The position numbers were made by a program, and so were the translations under genes. 64,000 bases of DNA, taken from positions 32,001 through 96,000 of IMG/VR virus record IMGVR_UViG_3300044620_001883, one strand, 5' to 3'. A model generated the notes under the pieces. The model was not told the origin of the DNA. It saw nothing but the letters and a program-made list of their open reading frames with translations, and did no database searches. Of this stretch, positions 52,758 through 62,387 are shown piece by piece. The DNA comes from a virus. Lineage: Duplodnaviria > Caudoviricetes. The stretch's first letter is position 1. Every line of letters starts with the position of its first letter.

Positions 52758-54808
52758 GCACACCCACTACACCCGCACAAGTACGAGACCGCATTGAGGT
52801 TCTCAGGAAGCAGATTGAAGATGCCGCTAACTGGTACTACCAGGTGGGGCGGCCCGTGATATCAGACCAGGAATACGACAAGCTGTTCCGAGAACTGCAG
52901 ATCTACGAAGCGAGCTATCCGGAACTCCTGACGCCGGCGTCCCCAACGCAGCGCATCCTGCAGCAACCCCTGAAGGGCTTTGCTTCCTGCATGCGCCAGA
53001 TCCCAATGCTCAGCCTCGCGAATGCCTACGAGGACAAGGATATCAAGACATTCTTGGAGCGTTGCGTGAAAACAATCGGGACGCAGGACACGCCAGCCTA
53101 CTTGGTGGAGCCGAAGGTGGATGGTCTCTCCGTGGAGCTGTACTACAACCATGGTATTTTGACGCGCGCCCTGACCCGTGGTGACGGTATCACGGGTGAT
53201 GATGTGACGGCCCAGGTCAGGACGATTCGTAGCGTCCCGCTGCAACTCAAGAGCACTACCGGCTTCCTGCACCCGGATGAGATGGTGTTTCGTGGGGAAG
53301 TGTACATGTCGCGGGATACATTCCAGCTGCTCAATGCACAGCGTGTCGCCGCCGGGGAAGAGGAATGGGCAAACCCCCGCAATGCTGCCGTGGGAGCCCT
53401 CAAGCAGCTGGACCCGCGTGAGACCTCCAAGCGGCGTCTGGACTGTGTCATCTACGAGTTGCTGGAATGTGACAGCTGGGTCTGTCAGACAACCCTCCAT
53501 GATCAGTTCCGCTGCATGGGCCTGCCGACCTTTCCTCCGCATGTCCTGTACCGCACACGCCAACCCACCGTCGAGCAGACCTTGGTGTCTCTGAAGGATG
53601 CGCTGGCGCAGCTGCAGAGTGAGCGTGGTACGTTGCCCTTCGACATCGATGGCGCGGTGATCAAGCTTGATCAGCGGAATCTCCGCCGACTGCTTGGCAC
53701 CAACAAGACAGCCCCGCTCTGGGCCGCGGCCTTCAAGTACCCACCCGAGGAAGCCAAGACCGTCCTGAATTCCGTGACGGTCCAGATGGGCAAGAACGGT
53801 GTCCTGACGCCCGTGGCGGAACTCCGTGCCGTGAAGCTTGCTGGTTCCACGATTCGGCGCGCGACCCTCCACAACTATGTGGATGTCGCCGCGAAGGACA
53901 TCCGGGTCGGGGACCATGTGATCATTGCAAAAGCAGCAGAAATCATACCGCAGGTCTTACGGCCGATTCTGGACAAGCGCACAGGCGACTGTTCCAAGAT
54001 CTTCGCCCCAACGGAGTGTCCGTTCTGCGGCTCCCCCACAGGCAAGTCTGAGGAAGAGGCGGTGGCAATCCGTTGCACCAACTATGATTGCCCGGAGTGG
54101 TTCAAGCAACGTCTCTGCTACTTTGTATCCAAGGCCGCTTTGGATGTTGAGGGAATGGGACCGTCCACTATTGAGGCGATTTTGACGCATCTGCCGCGCG
54201 TGAAACGGTACGCAGATCTGTTCCTGCTTGGCATCCCCGAGTTGGATCGGTGCGGGCTAGGGGAGAAGCAGGCCAGCAATACCGTCAAGGCACTCGCGAC
54301 GGCACGTCAACGCGCAGCCCAGGAGCAAGACCGGGTTATCCGGGGACTCTGTATCCCGCAGGTTGGCAACACGGCATCGAGGGCGCTCGTGACACACTTT
54401 GGCAGTATCCCAGCAATCCTGGCCGCCGCCGACCAGGATATCCTGTCCTGTCCGGATATGCTCCCTGTGGCTGCCGCAGCCTTCCTGGCCTGGCGGCAAG
54501 ACACCGAGAAGGTGCGGGACATTGATCTGCTGGGTTTGGTCGGCTTCGAGTTCCCGGAAGCCACGCGGGAGATCAAAGGTAACACCTTGGAGGGTGAAAT
54601 CTGGGTCATCACCGGCACCCTGACGGTCCCACGTGAGATCGCAGCGGCGATGATCAGGGCCCACGGAGGCAAGGTGGCATCGGGGGTGACCAAGAACACG
54701 ACCCGGTTGCTCGCCGGTGACAAGGCAGGCTCGAAACTCGACAAGGCCGCGAAGCTGGGTGTCATGGTGGTAACCGAAGAAGAGTTCCGGACGCGCATTG
54801 GAGCTTGA
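52754..54808 (+). CDS. ligA: NAD-dependent DNA ligase
   Basis: EPKVDG, TRGDG, RGEVYM, NPRNAA, DIDGAVIK, AFKY, C4 Zn finger, HhH, BRCT. Confidence 0.97.
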   Translation: MSTPTTPAQVRDRIEVLRKQIEDAANWYYQVGRPVISDQEYDKLFRELQIYEASYPELLTPASPTQRILQQPLKGFASCMRQIPMLSLANAYEDKDIKTFLERCVKTIGTQDTPAYLVEPKVDGLSVELYYNHGILTRALTRGDGITGDDVTAQVRTIRSVPLQLKSTTGFLHPDEMVFRGEVYMSRDTFQLLNAQRVAAGEEEWANPRNAAVGALKQLDPRETSKRRLDCVIYELLECDSWVCQTTLHDQFRCMGLPTFPPHVLYRTRQPTVEQTLVSLKDALAQLQSERGTLPFDIDGAVIKLDQRNLRRLLGTNKTAPLWAAAFKYPPEEAKTVLNSVTVQMGKNGVLTPVAELRAVKLAGSTIRRATLHNYVDVAAKDIRVGDHVIIAKAAEIIPQVLRPILDKRTGDCSKIFAPTECPFCGSPTGKSEEEAVAIRCTNYDCPEWFKQRLCYFVSKAALDVEGMGPSTIEAILTHLPRVKRYADLFLLGIPELDRCGLGEKQASNTVKALATARQRAAQEQDRVIRGLCIPQVGNTASRALVTHFGSIPAILAAADQDILSCPDMLPVAAAAFLAWRQDTEKVRDIDLLGLVGFEFPEATREIKGNTLEGEIWVITGTLTVPREIAAAMIRAHGGKVASGVTKNTTRLLAGDKAGSKLDKAAKLGVMVVTEEEFRTRIGA

Positions 54809-54833
54809 TTGGATACGCACGTCGTGTCATTCT
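54805..54833 (+). promoter_or_regulatory. Possible sigma70-type promoter
   Basis: TTGATT-N17-CATTCT with TG extension; predicted +1 at A54840, where a 12-bp hairpin begins. Confidence 0.35.
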
Positions 54834-54839
54834 CATTTT

Positions 54840-55052
54840 ATCTGCGGCTAGTGCTCCCCTAGCTGCAGATGCACCACCAGCAGGTGTGCAGTGTCGGAAG
54901 CGTTTTCCTGCAACCTTTCCCTGAGTGGTTACAGGGTTTCACGTATTGTCCCTGCACGCGCAATAAACCGCGGCAGGGTTTCCGATCAGAACAGCTGGCG
55001 TTTATTAAACAGGACTGGCAGGTGCTCCCTCACACCTGCCAGTCCATTTTTC
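54840..55052 (+). ncRNA. Structured RNA / attenuator-like leader L4
   Basis: 12-bp 5' stem, two CCCTG/CAGGG-TTTC stems, 13-bp terminal stem; GTGCTCCC in both the first and last loops. Confidence 0.55.
55012..55052 (+). terminator. Intrinsic terminator
   Basis: GGACTGGCAGGTG/CACCTGCCAGTCC perfect 13 bp + ATTTTTC. Confidence 0.8.
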
Positions 55053-55060
55053 ATATTTAC

Positions 55061-55303
55061 ATGGGCAGAACTAGAATGAGCAGAGACGTCCGGTACTTTG
55101 TGCTGGGTTGGGTGTGCGTGTTGGTTGGTATGGTTCCTTGGGCGGTGCTGCTGGCCGACTCTTCCGGCGCCGTGTTTGGCATGTTGTGCGTCGTGGGGCA
55201 GATCGCAGGGGCCTGTGTGGGTTTTTGGCTCATCTACAAAGCGCACACGTGGCGTGAACCAGAACCGAAGAAAGAACGTCCAAACAACGAAAAATGGTCA
55301 TGA
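55061..55303 (+). CDS. Small 2-TM membrane protein
   Basis: ATG 55061 or 55076; two hydrophobic helices and a charged tail. Confidence 0.65.
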   Translation: MGRTRMSRDVRYFVLGWVCVLVGMVPWAVLLADSSGAVFGMLCVVGQIAGACVGFWLIYKAHTWREPEPKKERPNNEKWS

Positions 55304-56061
55304 CTTATCGCATTGAACAGATCACTAAATTTGTGGACCGCATGCATGCGATCCTGGCAGACGATTCAGTTGAACGCATTGAGCTCACCAAAGAGGAGTA
55401 CACGGCGCAGGAACTCTCCGTTATCCTTAACACCTACCTGGCTGAGGCGCAGACATCCCAGCAGCGGGCTGCGATGCTTGAGGAGCTGGCGGAGCTGGCC
55501 ACGCAAGCAGCGGCATCAATCACGCTGACGGCAAAAACTGCGGCGCTGTTGTTTGCGATCAACCACACCGTCACGACTTGTTCAACCATGGTAGATGCCA
55601 TAGATCAAGCATTGAAGCTCGGTGTGCATGCCCGCCGCGCCGCCCTGGAGCTGACAGCACAGGGGATCGCAACAGAGCTGCGGAATATTCACGCGGACCT
55701 CTCGGTAATCGCGAAGGATGGTGAACTGTCGGCTGCGCGTCAACCTGAGGAAGTCACGTGGGTGCCGCTAGCACGCGTGCTGGCAGTCCTGAACCACCCG
55801 AACTTCTACTGGGGCAACACCAACATGGCGGCGACAGCCAAGTACCTGGAACTCCGGATCGACACCCGGGACAACCACTGCGTGGTCATGGACGCAAAGC
55901 ATAAGCTCCTGGACATCAAGCACCTCGAGGAGGCCTGCCTGAAGTTCTATGTGCCGAACATGAACGAGAATGTGTGTCCCCGTGAAAAGGGACCCAAGGC
56001 GTTGATCTCAGACACGCAAACCGAACCAGCATCGGACCATGGACCTGATCCAGTCACGTAA
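55300..56061 (+). CDS. Coiled-coil hypothetical protein
   Basis: ATGA overlap. Confidence 0.75.
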   Translation: MTYRIEQITKFVDRMHAILADDSVERIELTKEEYTAQELSVILNTYLAEAQTSQQRAAMLEELAELATQAAASITLTAKTAALLFAINHTVTTCSTMVDAIDQALKLGVHARRAALELTAQGIATELRNIHADLSVIAKDGELSAARQPEEVTWVPLARVLAVLNHPNFYWGNTNMAATAKYLELRIDTRDNHCVVMDAKHKLLDIKHLEEACLKFYVPNMNENVCPREKGPKALISDTQTEPASDHGPDPVT

Positions 56062-56482
56062 GCAATTCCGTCAGGATATCACGCAGATATTTGAATCTCT
56101 GCGACATCAGCGAGGTGAGGCTATTGATGTAGCCTGGGACGATCTCATTCAGTACTACGTCATGGGGTTCAATGGTTTCAATCCCATGACGACCACGGCC
56201 AGGCTCCTGGAGGTAGCCAAGCATATCCCCTATCTGGAGCTACCCGACATACACGGGGTGCACTTTCAATTCAACGTGCTGTACAGTGACCCTGCATATC
56301 CGCAAGAGTCATCGACGCGGGTGGTTGTGCAGATGGTACGCAAAGTGCGTGTGGTTTATCGAATGGAGTGTGAAGCCAAGGTTCCTCTGGGGCATCCTCA
56401 CATCAAATACAATCCCGACTTCCCGGTGCCTGCGCCTGAGTTTGGAGAGTTCCTGGATTACGAGATCATTGACGAATCATGA
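56039..56482 (+). CDS. Hypothetical protein
   Basis: 147 aa. Confidence 0.7.
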   Translation: MDLIQSRKQFRQDITQIFESLRHQRGEAIDVAWDDLIQYYVMGFNGFNPMTTTARLLEVAKHIPYLELPDIHGVHFQFNVLYSDPAYPQESSTRVVVQMVRKVRVVYRMECEAKVPLGHPHIKYNPDFPVPAPEFGEFLDYEIIDES

Positions 56483-57186
56483 GTACAACTCTAACTGCTG
56501 TTGACTGGATTGTGACGCCCTGGCAACCGACCGGGCTGGCCGTGGGGGATTTCGTGGAAGCTGCAGCGCGTGCCGACGACGCCTGGTTCGGCGTGATTCG
56601 CGGTGAGATCTCGTACATCTTGCGTGGTCCGGAATGCTACGCTGCCGTCGAAGTAGACGACGGTGTAGTCTGGGACGTGGATATCAGTCAGATCAAGGTT
56701 CTCAGTGGGAAGCGCAAAGTGTCCATATACCTGAGCGAGAACACCAAGCTTGACCCTCTGCACAGCTCACACAAGAGCGCCGCGTATAACACCATGCCGG
56801 TGAGCTTGTTCGGGTTGCGGTTGGGTCTCCTGACCGTGCAGGTCTATCGTTGTGACCAGGACAGGCCGGCAATAGCAGACACCCAGCTGCACCTGCACAC
56901 CGCTGTATTGGAGTTCAATGAGGAAGAAGACGAAATCACCTGGGAGGCAGTCTTGCCGTTGTTCCAGGAGCTCCCGATTTCAACCATAGGCAGGAAAGAG
57001 AAACCCACGGAGGCTCTCGTGTCCTTGACGCATTCCGGCAAAGAGGATTGGGGTTGGGAACAATCCTTCCCGCTCCAGTTCTGTCATGCCAACCGCAAGG
57101 TGTACGTCTGCGTTGGGGACCTTGATTCCATCCCGGATGTAGAGGACATGACAAACCTCGAAGACGACATATGCCAATGGGATTAG
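56479..57186 (+). CDS. Acidic hypothetical protein
   Basis: ATGA overlap; 235 aa. Confidence 0.75.
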   Translation: MSTTLTAVDWIVTPWQPTGLAVGDFVEAAARADDAWFGVIRGEISYILRGPECYAAVEVDDGVVWDVDISQIKVLSGKRKVSIYLSENTKLDPLHSSHKSAAYNTMPVSLFGLRLGLLTVQVYRCDQDRPAIADTQLHLHTAVLEFNEEEDEITWEAVLPLFQELPISTIGRKEKPTEALVSLTHSGKEDWGWEQSFPLQFCHANRKVYVCVGDLDSIPDVEDMTNLEDDICQWD

Positions 57187-57614
57187 GAGACCTCGGTTTC
57201 GTCCCAGTAATCCTGACAGAGGATGATTATAAGGCTGCTGCCAAGCTGGTAGAACATGCTGAAACGTACGTGCTGTCCCATCAGGACATGAAGCGTATTC
57301 AAACAGGCTTCGATCCTCCCGCTGGTGCGGACCCGGCTAGGCAGATTATCATGGGAGGCGTGATACGCTGTGTGTTCACCCACGAGTACCAACCCTGCGG
57401 ATTATGTCGACACCTTTCACTGAGTGTCATCGAAGAGGTCGGTACCAAAATAGTACCTAGCCGGCTGGTAGCTTACATTGCGGCGAAGTTCTTCGGGTTC
57501 GACATTAAGGACAAGGGCGCCGTTGATGTACTGACGGTCTACCTGGAAGCAAATGAGGAACCTGCGGCGCCTCCGGTCTTTAATCTAATCCAGAGAATTC
57601 ATGAACCAGAATGA
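57171..57614 (+). CDS. Hypothetical protein
   Basis: VFTHE..CRHLSLS pattern. Confidence 0.7.
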   Translation: MPMGLGDLGFVPVILTEDDYKAAAKLVEHAETYVLSHQDMKRIQTGFDPPAGADPARQIIMGGVIRCVFTHEYQPCGLCRHLSLSVIEEVGTKIVPSRLVAYIAAKFFGFDIKDKGAVDVLTVYLEANEEPAAPPVFNLIQRIHEPE

Positions 57615-58089
57615 AATCAAGGCGCTCGGACGCCGACGCGAACTGGAGAGGCTGTTCGCAGGTAAGAAGGTGTGGCTCAGGAATCCTCAAGGGATGTACA
57701 TGTGCCATCCAGATGGTAAGCAGGGTGTAGGAGCGAGCTGGCACCCAGAGAACACACATGCGCGGATCTTTGACTTTGATCAGGCCCGCGTCGCTGATCA
57801 GTTGTTCGATATCCAGATGGAGCAAGGTGATGAATGGGAAGTCGAGGAGGCGAGTCGTCCCTACTCGGTGCTGTTGCTGTATCCCGACTACCTGGCGGAC
57901 ACGTATGGGCAGGACACGTTCTTGACCACCGTGCAGGCCATCAATCCCATCCAGGCTGTGGCGTTGGCACGTAGTCAAATGGCGGTGGCCCAACACTTAG
58001 TACCTGAAGCAACGGAGGACCCATATTTGCTTCTGGTCTGTGAAGGTGCGATCCGCAACCTGGTCTACAAGGGAGAACTGCTATGCTGA
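57601..58089 (+). CDS. Hypothetical protein
   Basis: YSVLLLYPDY..V.A.NP..AV pattern. Confidence 0.7.
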   Translation: MNQNEIKALGRRRELERLFAGKKVWLRNPQGMYMCHPDGKQGVGASWHPENTHARIFDFDQARVADQLFDIQMEQGDEWEVEEASRPYSVLLLYPDYLADTYGQDTFLTTVQAINPIQAVALARSQMAVAQHLVPEATEDPYLLLVCEGAIRNLVYKGELLC

Positions 58090-59576
58090 TAGGCCACACC
58101 GCTACAGGCAGCATTGCTGTCATGGTGGATGAGGGGCGCAAGTACACCCTGTATCAGCAGAGCGGCGGATGGCATCTGCGCGCGTATGCTGACTTTTCAA
58201 ACAGAATCGTGGAGGAGCGCGTTCCTGTCACGGAGGTGGAATGGCTGGCATGGCACAAAGTCAATGAGGCCGAGCAGGAGTTGCGGAACATCTGTATCAG
58301 GTTCAAGGAGGACCAAGCTTTCGCAGTAGAGCTGCTGCGCATGCGTGATCGTACCATGCAGACCGTAGAGGTCCTGGATGCAGTTGTCCGCAAGCGGATC
58401 AAAGACGCCACGATGGGTGACGTGCGCAAGAGCATGACGGCGCGGCAGTGGGACGTCATTGTACGTCATGGCAAATACCCTACAGGGTTTGATCGGGTCG
58501 TGTACGCGACTCTGACCAAGCGCCTTCAAGCACTGAGGTATGCCGCGCAGAAGCGCCGCCCAGGTCGCGGCTGGGTCGCCCCCACCCCACGTCCAAGCTC
58601 ACTCTACCTGGCGACACTAAGATCGCAGTTGAACCAGAAACGTGAGATCGCGCGCGCCAAGCGAGATGCAGCGGCCAGGAAACGGCTCGAGCCCCTCAAT
58701 AAGTTCCTGCTCCATGTAGCGCACCGATTCGACAAGTCCGTTTATGCCCTGCATAACCAGAGTCAGATCCGCGTGGGCATGGGTGTTACTGGTCACTCCC
58801 AATTCAACCGAGGGCGTTGGCGCTCCACTCCCGGCGCTGCTGGGGTGCAGCTTATCCGGGGACGCGTGGTCCTCACAACCGTACAGCGTGGTGGTAAGTG
58901 CTTCGCATTCAAGATGCCTGCCAACTGGCGCAAGGCAGCTGTGGGGGTGGCACACCCACGTGGTCTGTTCTGCGTAGCCTCCAAGGAGTATCCAGGCTTC
59001 TATGAGAACTGGGGGTTCGATGTACCAGACAAGATCACAGCCGTGCCGATCTCTAAGCGCCCCCTCAAGGACATGCCGCATCATGCACGAATGCTGCCCT
59101 CCTGTTGGCGTATCCTCGGGTACAGCTATAAGGGTGTGCGCGTGCCTGAAAACGTGATGCGGCGCGAGTACGCACCCGAGGATATCCTGGAAGAGGATAA
59201 CCAGGAAGTTCGGCGCATCATGATCGAGCTGCTGGCGCCGGAGATTCTGGAGGCCAGTGGAATCCTGAAGGTGCTCCATCGTGACGACTTCGGAACATTG
59301 TTTGTGGCCGGGCTGCCAGCCGATGCGTATGACCTGAGCCAGCCGCGGCTTGGTGAAATTGAATACCGGCGTACTTGCGACACCGTGCGGCGCTTCGGCG
59401 CCACCAAGCACAGTCTGACGTTGTTCGTCAAAGTCGTGAACTCTACGGCTGAACCGGACGGTACCTTCAAGGACTACTACCTGCAGGTGCCGCCGCATAT
59501 AAGCTCTTCGAAAGAAGCCGTGGCCTGGACGTTTGGTCTGCGAGCAGATCACTACAACCCCACCTTTGAATCATGA
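58083..59576 (+). CDS. Protein with C-terminal DUF6745-like domain
   Basis: ILEEDNQEVRRIMIE, VKVVNSTAEPDGTFKDYYLQVPP..EAVAWTFGL..YNP. Confidence 0.75.
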   Translation: MLIGHTATGSIAVMVDEGRKYTLYQQSGGWHLRAYADFSNRIVEERVPVTEVEWLAWHKVNEAEQELRNICIRFKEDQAFAVELLRMRDRTMQTVEVLDAVVRKRIKDATMGDVRKSMTARQWDVIVRHGKYPTGFDRVVYATLTKRLQALRYAAQKRRPGRGWVAPTPRPSSLYLATLRSQLNQKREIARAKRDAAARKRLEPLNKFLLHVAHRFDKSVYALHNQSQIRVGMGVTGHSQFNRGRWRSTPGAAGVQLIRGRVVLTTVQRGGKCFAFKMPANWRKAAVGVAHPRGLFCVASKEYPGFYENWGFDVPDKITAVPISKRPLKDMPHHARMLPSCWRILGYSYKGVRVPENVMRREYAPEDILEEDNQEVRRIMIELLAPEILEASGILKVLHRDDFGTLFVAGLPADAYDLSQPRLGEIEYRRTCDTVRRFGATKHSLTLFVKVVNSTAEPDGTFKDYYLQVPPHISSSKEAVAWTFGLRADHYNPTFES

Positions 59577-59932
59577 ACACCACCGCAATCCCAGCAATTG
59601 TCAGGCAGGGCGATGTCCTGCTTGTGCCAGTCGAGATGCCCGAAGCGGCAGCTCAGAAGAAGATGAAACGAAGCAGAAGCGAAGCCGGTCGGTTTGTGCT
59701 CGCGCACGGGGAAGCCACTGGACACGCCCATACCGTATCTGTGAATGATTGCCTGATGTTGCAGAACACCATCAACCGTCTGTTGATCGTCAATAAGCCG
59801 ACGCAGTTGACACACCAGGAGCACGCGCCGCTTTGGCTCCAAGAGAACACCTGTTACAGGGTCATTCGTCAGCGCGAGTTTGTGAGATCAGAACCAGGCA
59901 TGCCCTTGGAGGACCGGTATGTCCGAGACTGA
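59573..59932 (+). CDS. DUF6745 partner protein (RQGDV / GEATGHAH / HQEH)
   Basis: RQGDVLL, LAHGEATGHAH, LTHQEH, YRVIRQREF; ATGA-coupled. Confidence 0.8.
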   Translation: MNTTAIPAIVRQGDVLLVPVEMPEAAAQKKMKRSRSEAGRFVLAHGEATGHAHTVSVNDCLMLQNTINRLLIVNKPTQLTHQEHAPLWLQENTCYRVIRQREFVRSEPGMPLEDRYVRD

Positions 59933-60914
59933 TCCGTATCGTGAGAATATCTTGTACGGGTTGGCCTGCGGGTTCTGCACTGCTCTGAGGTTGGGGTTAA
60001 ATGATGCGCAGCTGTGCGCTTTGATCAGCGGCAAAGACGGGCTCGGTGCGAATGATTATTGTGATGCAAATGTGCTGATGGCTGCCGCATGGGATGCTGT
60101 GATGTTGCAGAAGATATTTGATCCGGACAACGCACAGGATGCGGCATTATGGAACGACGCCTGGAACCTGGCTGTGCGGCAGCGGTACGACATGAGCAAA
60201 TACAGGCTGGAGCAGGCGCTCAAAACTCCAGAACAACCGGCTGAGGCGCCAGATGCTGCAGCGGAATTTGCAATTGCCAAAGGTCTGTACGACTACTTTG
60301 CAAACAAGCAGAGCTACGACATCTCCGAGATCTACAACGGCGCGGATGAATTCATGCGAAGGTGCGCACACCTCGGCCGGCTGTTCGAGGCATGGAGTTG
60401 TGACCATGTGGACTTCAACGCCATGCAGGATGTTTGGCCGTACTATTTGGAAGACCACGTAGGACCTGCGGTAGAATCCATGTTCTGGGAGCAGAACTGT
60501 GAGATCCCGGTGCGTTGGGGTGAAGATGAACTCCTGTCTCTGGCGACCAAACTGCGGTTGCCAGTGCGTATCCAAAACACACCCAACTGCAGCATGAACG
60601 TGGAGTGGGCTGCCGCGCCCGCGCAGCAGGGACGTTATCAGCGTTACCAGGTGCGCACAGTGCGGCACAGTGAGGACGGCTGGGCGATGGAACACTACAC
60701 CGTCGAGGATGCGCAGGAGCGCCACGCGGCTGACAACGATCACCCCGTCCTGTTTGCCCTGTATGGCTCGCTGGAGAGCTCAGGTGAATGGGAGTTCATC
60801 TGCGAAGCTCCCAGCTATGATGTCTTGCGCACGTCTATGCTGCGCATGCTTGGTCCGGAGAATATCGAGGGACTGCTAGAGTGTCCGGTCATGCAGTACC
60901 CGAACAAGGTATGA
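59919..60914 (+). CDS. Acidic multidomain hypothetical protein
   Basis: 331 aa. Confidence 0.75.
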   Translation: MSETDPYRENILYGLACGFCTALRLGLNDAQLCALISGKDGLGANDYCDANVLMAAAWDAVMLQKIFDPDNAQDAALWNDAWNLAVRQRYDMSKYRLEQALKTPEQPAEAPDAAAEFAIAKGLYDYFANKQSYDISEIYNGADEFMRRCAHLGRLFEAWSCDHVDFNAMQDVWPYYLEDHVGPAVESMFWEQNCEIPVRWGEDELLSLATKLRLPVRIQNTPNCSMNVEWAAAPAQQGRYQRYQVRTVRHSEDGWAMEHYTVEDAQERHAADNDHPVLFALYGSLESSGEWEFICEAPSYDVLRTSMLRMLGPENIEGLLECPVMQYPNKV

Positions 60915-61183
60915 GCGCCAGACACGGAAGCAGAGTCCCGCTGCCCAAAGTGCCCAAAGTGCTGCAGCGTGTCGGCGATGGTAAGTTTTTGGAGTTGTGG
61001 GGGTGGGGAATAGAGTGGGCTGAAAAGCAGTCTGCCGCGTGTCCAAAGTTCACGACCAGCAACATGGGCAAGCAGCGTCAAGATGACTTTCACAAAAACC
61101 TGTACCAGCGTTTCTCCAGCCGCAAAGCCAAGCAGGCTGGGGTGTTTTGCAAGCTCGTTCCCTATGACGAATCCAACGGTTAA
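60911..61183 (+). CDS. Basic hypothetical protein
   Basis: ATGA overlap. Confidence 0.5.
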   Translation: MSARHGSRVPLPKVPKVLQRVGDGKFLELWGWGIEWAEKQSAACPKFTTSNMGKQRQDDFHKNLYQRFSSRKAKQAGVFCKLVPYDESNG

Positions 61184-61676
61184 ATTCAAGTTTAAGCACT
61201 TCGACACGACGTTGTCAGGGCGGTTGTCTGTGACCACTTACGCTCTGGGTGGGCTGGCTGTGTCCCTCACCACCGAAATGGAGGAAGCACCTGGGCAGTA
61301 CGAGCCGTATTGTCATGTCAGTGTACGCCTGCCTGAGACAGATCACCTGCCTTCCGATGTCTTCTATGCCAAGCACTGGAGCGAGAACGAGGGAATAGTG
61401 GAGACGCTGGTTGAGCTGCGTATCATTGAGCTAGCCCCGGACTTTCCTCCGGTAGCCAGTGGTTTTGTGCGGAACATCCGGGCGTACCGGTTGGTGTCCT
61501 GTGTTCAGTGTCCGGACGAGCCGCGGTTTGAGGGTGACCTTGTTGGTTGCGGCTTCGTCTGCGCAGAGCCTCCCGATTCCGAGGGGTTGTATGACTGTCT
61601 GAATTGTGGTCTGTTCTTCTCCAAGGAAGATGACCAGCGCGGTATTCCCCATATCGTACATGACAATATCCAATGA
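61164..61676 (+). CDS. DUF4313-like protein with C-terminal Cys cluster
   Basis: YAKHWSENEGIVETL...SGFV..YRL; CVQC...CLNC. Confidence 0.65.
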   Translation: MTNPTVKFKFKHFDTTLSGRLSVTTYALGGLAVSLTTEMEEAPGQYEPYCHVSVRLPETDHLPSDVFYAKHWSENEGIVETLVELRIIELAPDFPPVASGFVRNIRAYRLVSCVQCPDEPRFEGDLVGCGFVCAEPPDSEGLYDCLNCGLFFSKEDDQRGIPHIVHDNIQ

Positions 61677-61730
61677 GAACTCATCAAGAACCTCCGGTAT
61701 GAGCTTCGGAATACAGGGATCAAATGACCT

Positions 61731-62387
61731 ATGACAGCTAAAAAAAAGAAAACCGAAATACCCCAACAACCAGCTGGGGTGGTGGACGAAGTACAAAAGG
61801 TTAAACGGCGCGGGCTCGTACCGTCCAACGGTGAGAACCGGGTCATGACACCCGCGCCATTGGCCCAGCAGCTCGTGGATCATTTTGCTGCGCAGATGAC
61901 CGGCGGATACATTCTTGACCCGGCTCGCGGACAGGGCGCATTCCTGGAGGCATTGAAGACGCGATGTGCTGTAACCAGTTTGAAGTGGGCTGAAGTGGAC
62001 GCCGGGATCGATTTCTTCGACACCAAGAACTGGTGGGGTTGTGTGATGAAACGCGACACCCTCAAGGACACCAAGCTGGACCATGTAGACAAGTTCAGTT
62101 TCATCATCACCAACCCGCCTTGGGAGAAACTCCTGAACTGGTGGATTCGTGGGATGGAGCTGGCCGACAATGTTGTGTACTTGTGTCTGGTCCCCAACGT
62201 GTTCCAGAAGGCCAAACGCAACGCCATCCGGAATGCTGGCTTCGGTATCAAGGAGATCGCGTACGTGAAGACCCCACCGCCCAAGACTCCCTGGCCCCAG
62301 GCTGGGTTCTGTCTTGGGGCTGTGCATGTACAGCGCGGCTACAAAGGTGGCATCAAGGAAACGTTCCTGCCCGACTACGACGCATGA
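61731..62387 (+). CDS. Orphan amino-DNA methyltransferase (m6A/m4C)
   Basis: VMTP, motif I ILDPARGQGAF, motif IV ITNPPW. Confidence 0.85.
   Translation: MTAKKKKTEIPQQPAGVVDEVQKVKRRGLVPSNGENRVMTPAPLAQQLVDHFAAQMTGGYILDPARGQGAFLEALKTRCAVTSLKWAEVDAGIDFFDTKNWWGCVMKRDTLKDTKLDHVDKFSFIITNPPWEKLLNWWIRGMELADNVVYLCLVPNVFQKAKRNAIRNAGFGIKEIAYVKTPPPKTPWPQAGFCLGAVHVQRGYKGGIKETFLPDYDA

Noticed and set aside
36372-55303. Small TM proteins (36372, 50218, 55061) as holins
   Set aside because: No endolysin or spanin neighbour in the window
61740-61747. A8 tract near the MTase start as a phase-variation switch
   Set aside because: Short, and explained by consecutive Lys codons; no evidence of length variation
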